From Lytechinus pictus (taxonomy: Eukaryota), in contig NC_087257.1 in NCBI RefSeq assembly GCF_037042905.1, positions 16,554,001 through 16,618,000 of the forward strand: a stretch of DNA of 64,000 bases, read 5' to 3'. This document shows, in pieces, positions 62,363 to 64,000 of the stretch. How positions within the stretch are numbered: the stretch's first letter is position 1; each line of letters opens with the position of its first letter. The translations under genes were made by a program, and so were the position numbers. Below the pieces are notes generated by a model. It ran no database searches. It saw nothing but the letters and a program-made list of their open reading frames with translations, and was not told the DNA's origin.

Positions 62363-64000
62363 ATGGCAGAATTACTGCGGATGCTTGTCCTACTAGGAGA
62401 AAAAGCAGGGAACCTGGCCCGCATCATCAGAGCAGAGAAGGCTCTCTTTGAGTTGCTGGTTGAGGAGAAAACTGGAGAAGCCAAGAACAAGCGATTCATC
62501 CAGGATTTCAAGACGCTCGGTGATGTCCTCATTCAAGAGATGATCAGACATGACGTAGGAGAAAAGGTTGGTTTGTATCTGAACAGCCTCCCTATAAATA
62601 TAATGAACTAGTACATGATCACATATACATGTAAGGAATGAATGAAGAAGAATCCATTCAGAAAAGGGGAACAACATCAATTTGAAGGAAACATATTATT
62701 ATTGGCCCAAATTCACCAACGTGATTTGAATCTGTGGTCTAAAACCATGATTTATGCAAATTTTGAGCATTGATGCTAAAGTCAGTGCATAAATAGGTAG
62801 AAGGAGTCAATCATTAATGCACACTTTCCTATTAAAATGGGAGCTGAATTAATGCTTCTTAAGTATAAAAGGAAGCAGCATTTATTATAATAGCCAGCTG
62901 TTTATGTGAATTTATTTACATAAAATGTAAACAGTGGAGATGTAACCTTTATTAACAATCATGGATTAAGTGTTCTCTTCTAAAATTATGTTTGGACTCG
63001 TTTTGATTCTATTCACTATTATACATGTATAGCATAATTTATGTATGAAATCTGCATCAATCACCTAGGTCATTCTGTGCCATTTGGGGTCCATGGTGTT
63101 AAAGATAATACAGTATCCCACCTGTCCAGTTAATTCAGATATGAAGTCTAAGGTCTGGTTTCATAAAGACTTGTTTAACAAATGCACAATTTCTATAACA
63201 TGTTTTATACTATCATCCAATCAAACTGAAGATTATTGCATACTTGTTATTGTGACCCTTTTTTCAAGCCTTTGAGGCCTTTTGGAATACCTTTTTCTTT
63301 CATTATTTTTTTTAAATCTCATCTTAATGTTTTATGATTTATTTGTATACATGTTTTTGTATGTTTTTATATGTATATATTATTGAAAGAAATAAATGAG
63401 AGTATTATTACTCTCCCTCAATACAATGCATTACATGTTTTATGAAACAGGCCCCTGATAATTTGAATTGAAATAAGGGAGTAAAGTTATTCAGAGATTT
63501 CCCTATTATGTTCAATCTTTTTGTATTTTTTTTTGGGGGGGATGATATGCTCTGAAATACATTCTTTCATTTTGAAAAGTACAATGGAAAAACACAATAT
63601 TCCTCCATTGGTGTAAATTGTATAAAAATCTATAGATTTTTATACAGATTTTTAATGAGATATCAACTTAAGAACATTACAAAATTTCAAATGAAACAAT
63701 ACTTGAATGATGCAAGAAATTGGAGTCGAATGTGTGAATCAGTTTGGTTGGATGCAGTCTAACAAGAGATCTCAATAGTTGAGAATTGTACACGAATCCA
63801 GCACTTGAAAGTATGATATATATTGAACCAGGTTTGTGAATCAATTATTTGTTAGCTAAAACCTTTGAAATATCAATAGTTCAGAACTTTGTGCACATAT
63901 CCGGTGCTTGAAAGTATGAAAAATATAAATTTTATTAACATATTCTTCTTTCAGTTCCCCGGTATGAGAGACCACATCTTTGGGGAAGAGAGCAACATGT
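62363..64000 (+). CDS. INPP1: Inositol polyphosphate 1-phosphatase, 5' part; coding exons 62363-62566 and 63955->64000; probable 5' UTR exon ending 61638
   Basis: MAELLRMLVLLGEKAGNLAR...KNKRFIQDFKTLGDVLIQEMIRHDVGEK|FPGMRDHIFGEESN matches the INPP1 N-terminus (DFKTLxDVLxQE, FGEESN). Confidence 0.93.

Overview
AT-rich, repeat-dense, intron-containing animal genomic DNA, most consistent with a sea urchin (inferred from the repeat families and gene style, not proven). There are two assembly gaps (~26.8-27.0 kb and ~40.6-41.2 kb). Six spliced protein-coding genes were reconstructed by hand with phase-compatible GT-AG junctions. (1) MPLKIP/TTDN1, minus strand, 187 aa. (2 and 3) A convergent pair of 5-exon paralogues (plus 21.0-23.7 kb; minus 47.9-45.1 kb) encoding N-acylated MGCTNSK proteins with three stathmin-like GVAFE(V/I) motifs; their 3' regions are decaying tandem copies of the last exon. 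(4) Between them, an 87-aa prepropeptide with an acidic pro-region and a cationic 4-Cys C-terminal peptide (antimicrobial peptide- or toxin-like). (5) Also between them, a GPI-anchored Ly6/uPAR three-finger protein. (6) The 5' part of INPP1 at the right edge. Notable non-coding signals include a SINE whose head resembles 7SL RNA, a Penelope-type minimal hammerhead ribozyme inside the peptide gene, an 8.1-kb EnSpm-like element with CRE-rich subterminal arrays, a 720-bp foldback element in MPLKIP intron 1, and internal evidence that the common TAGGCCTA motif arises by GGCC+TA insertion at TA sites.
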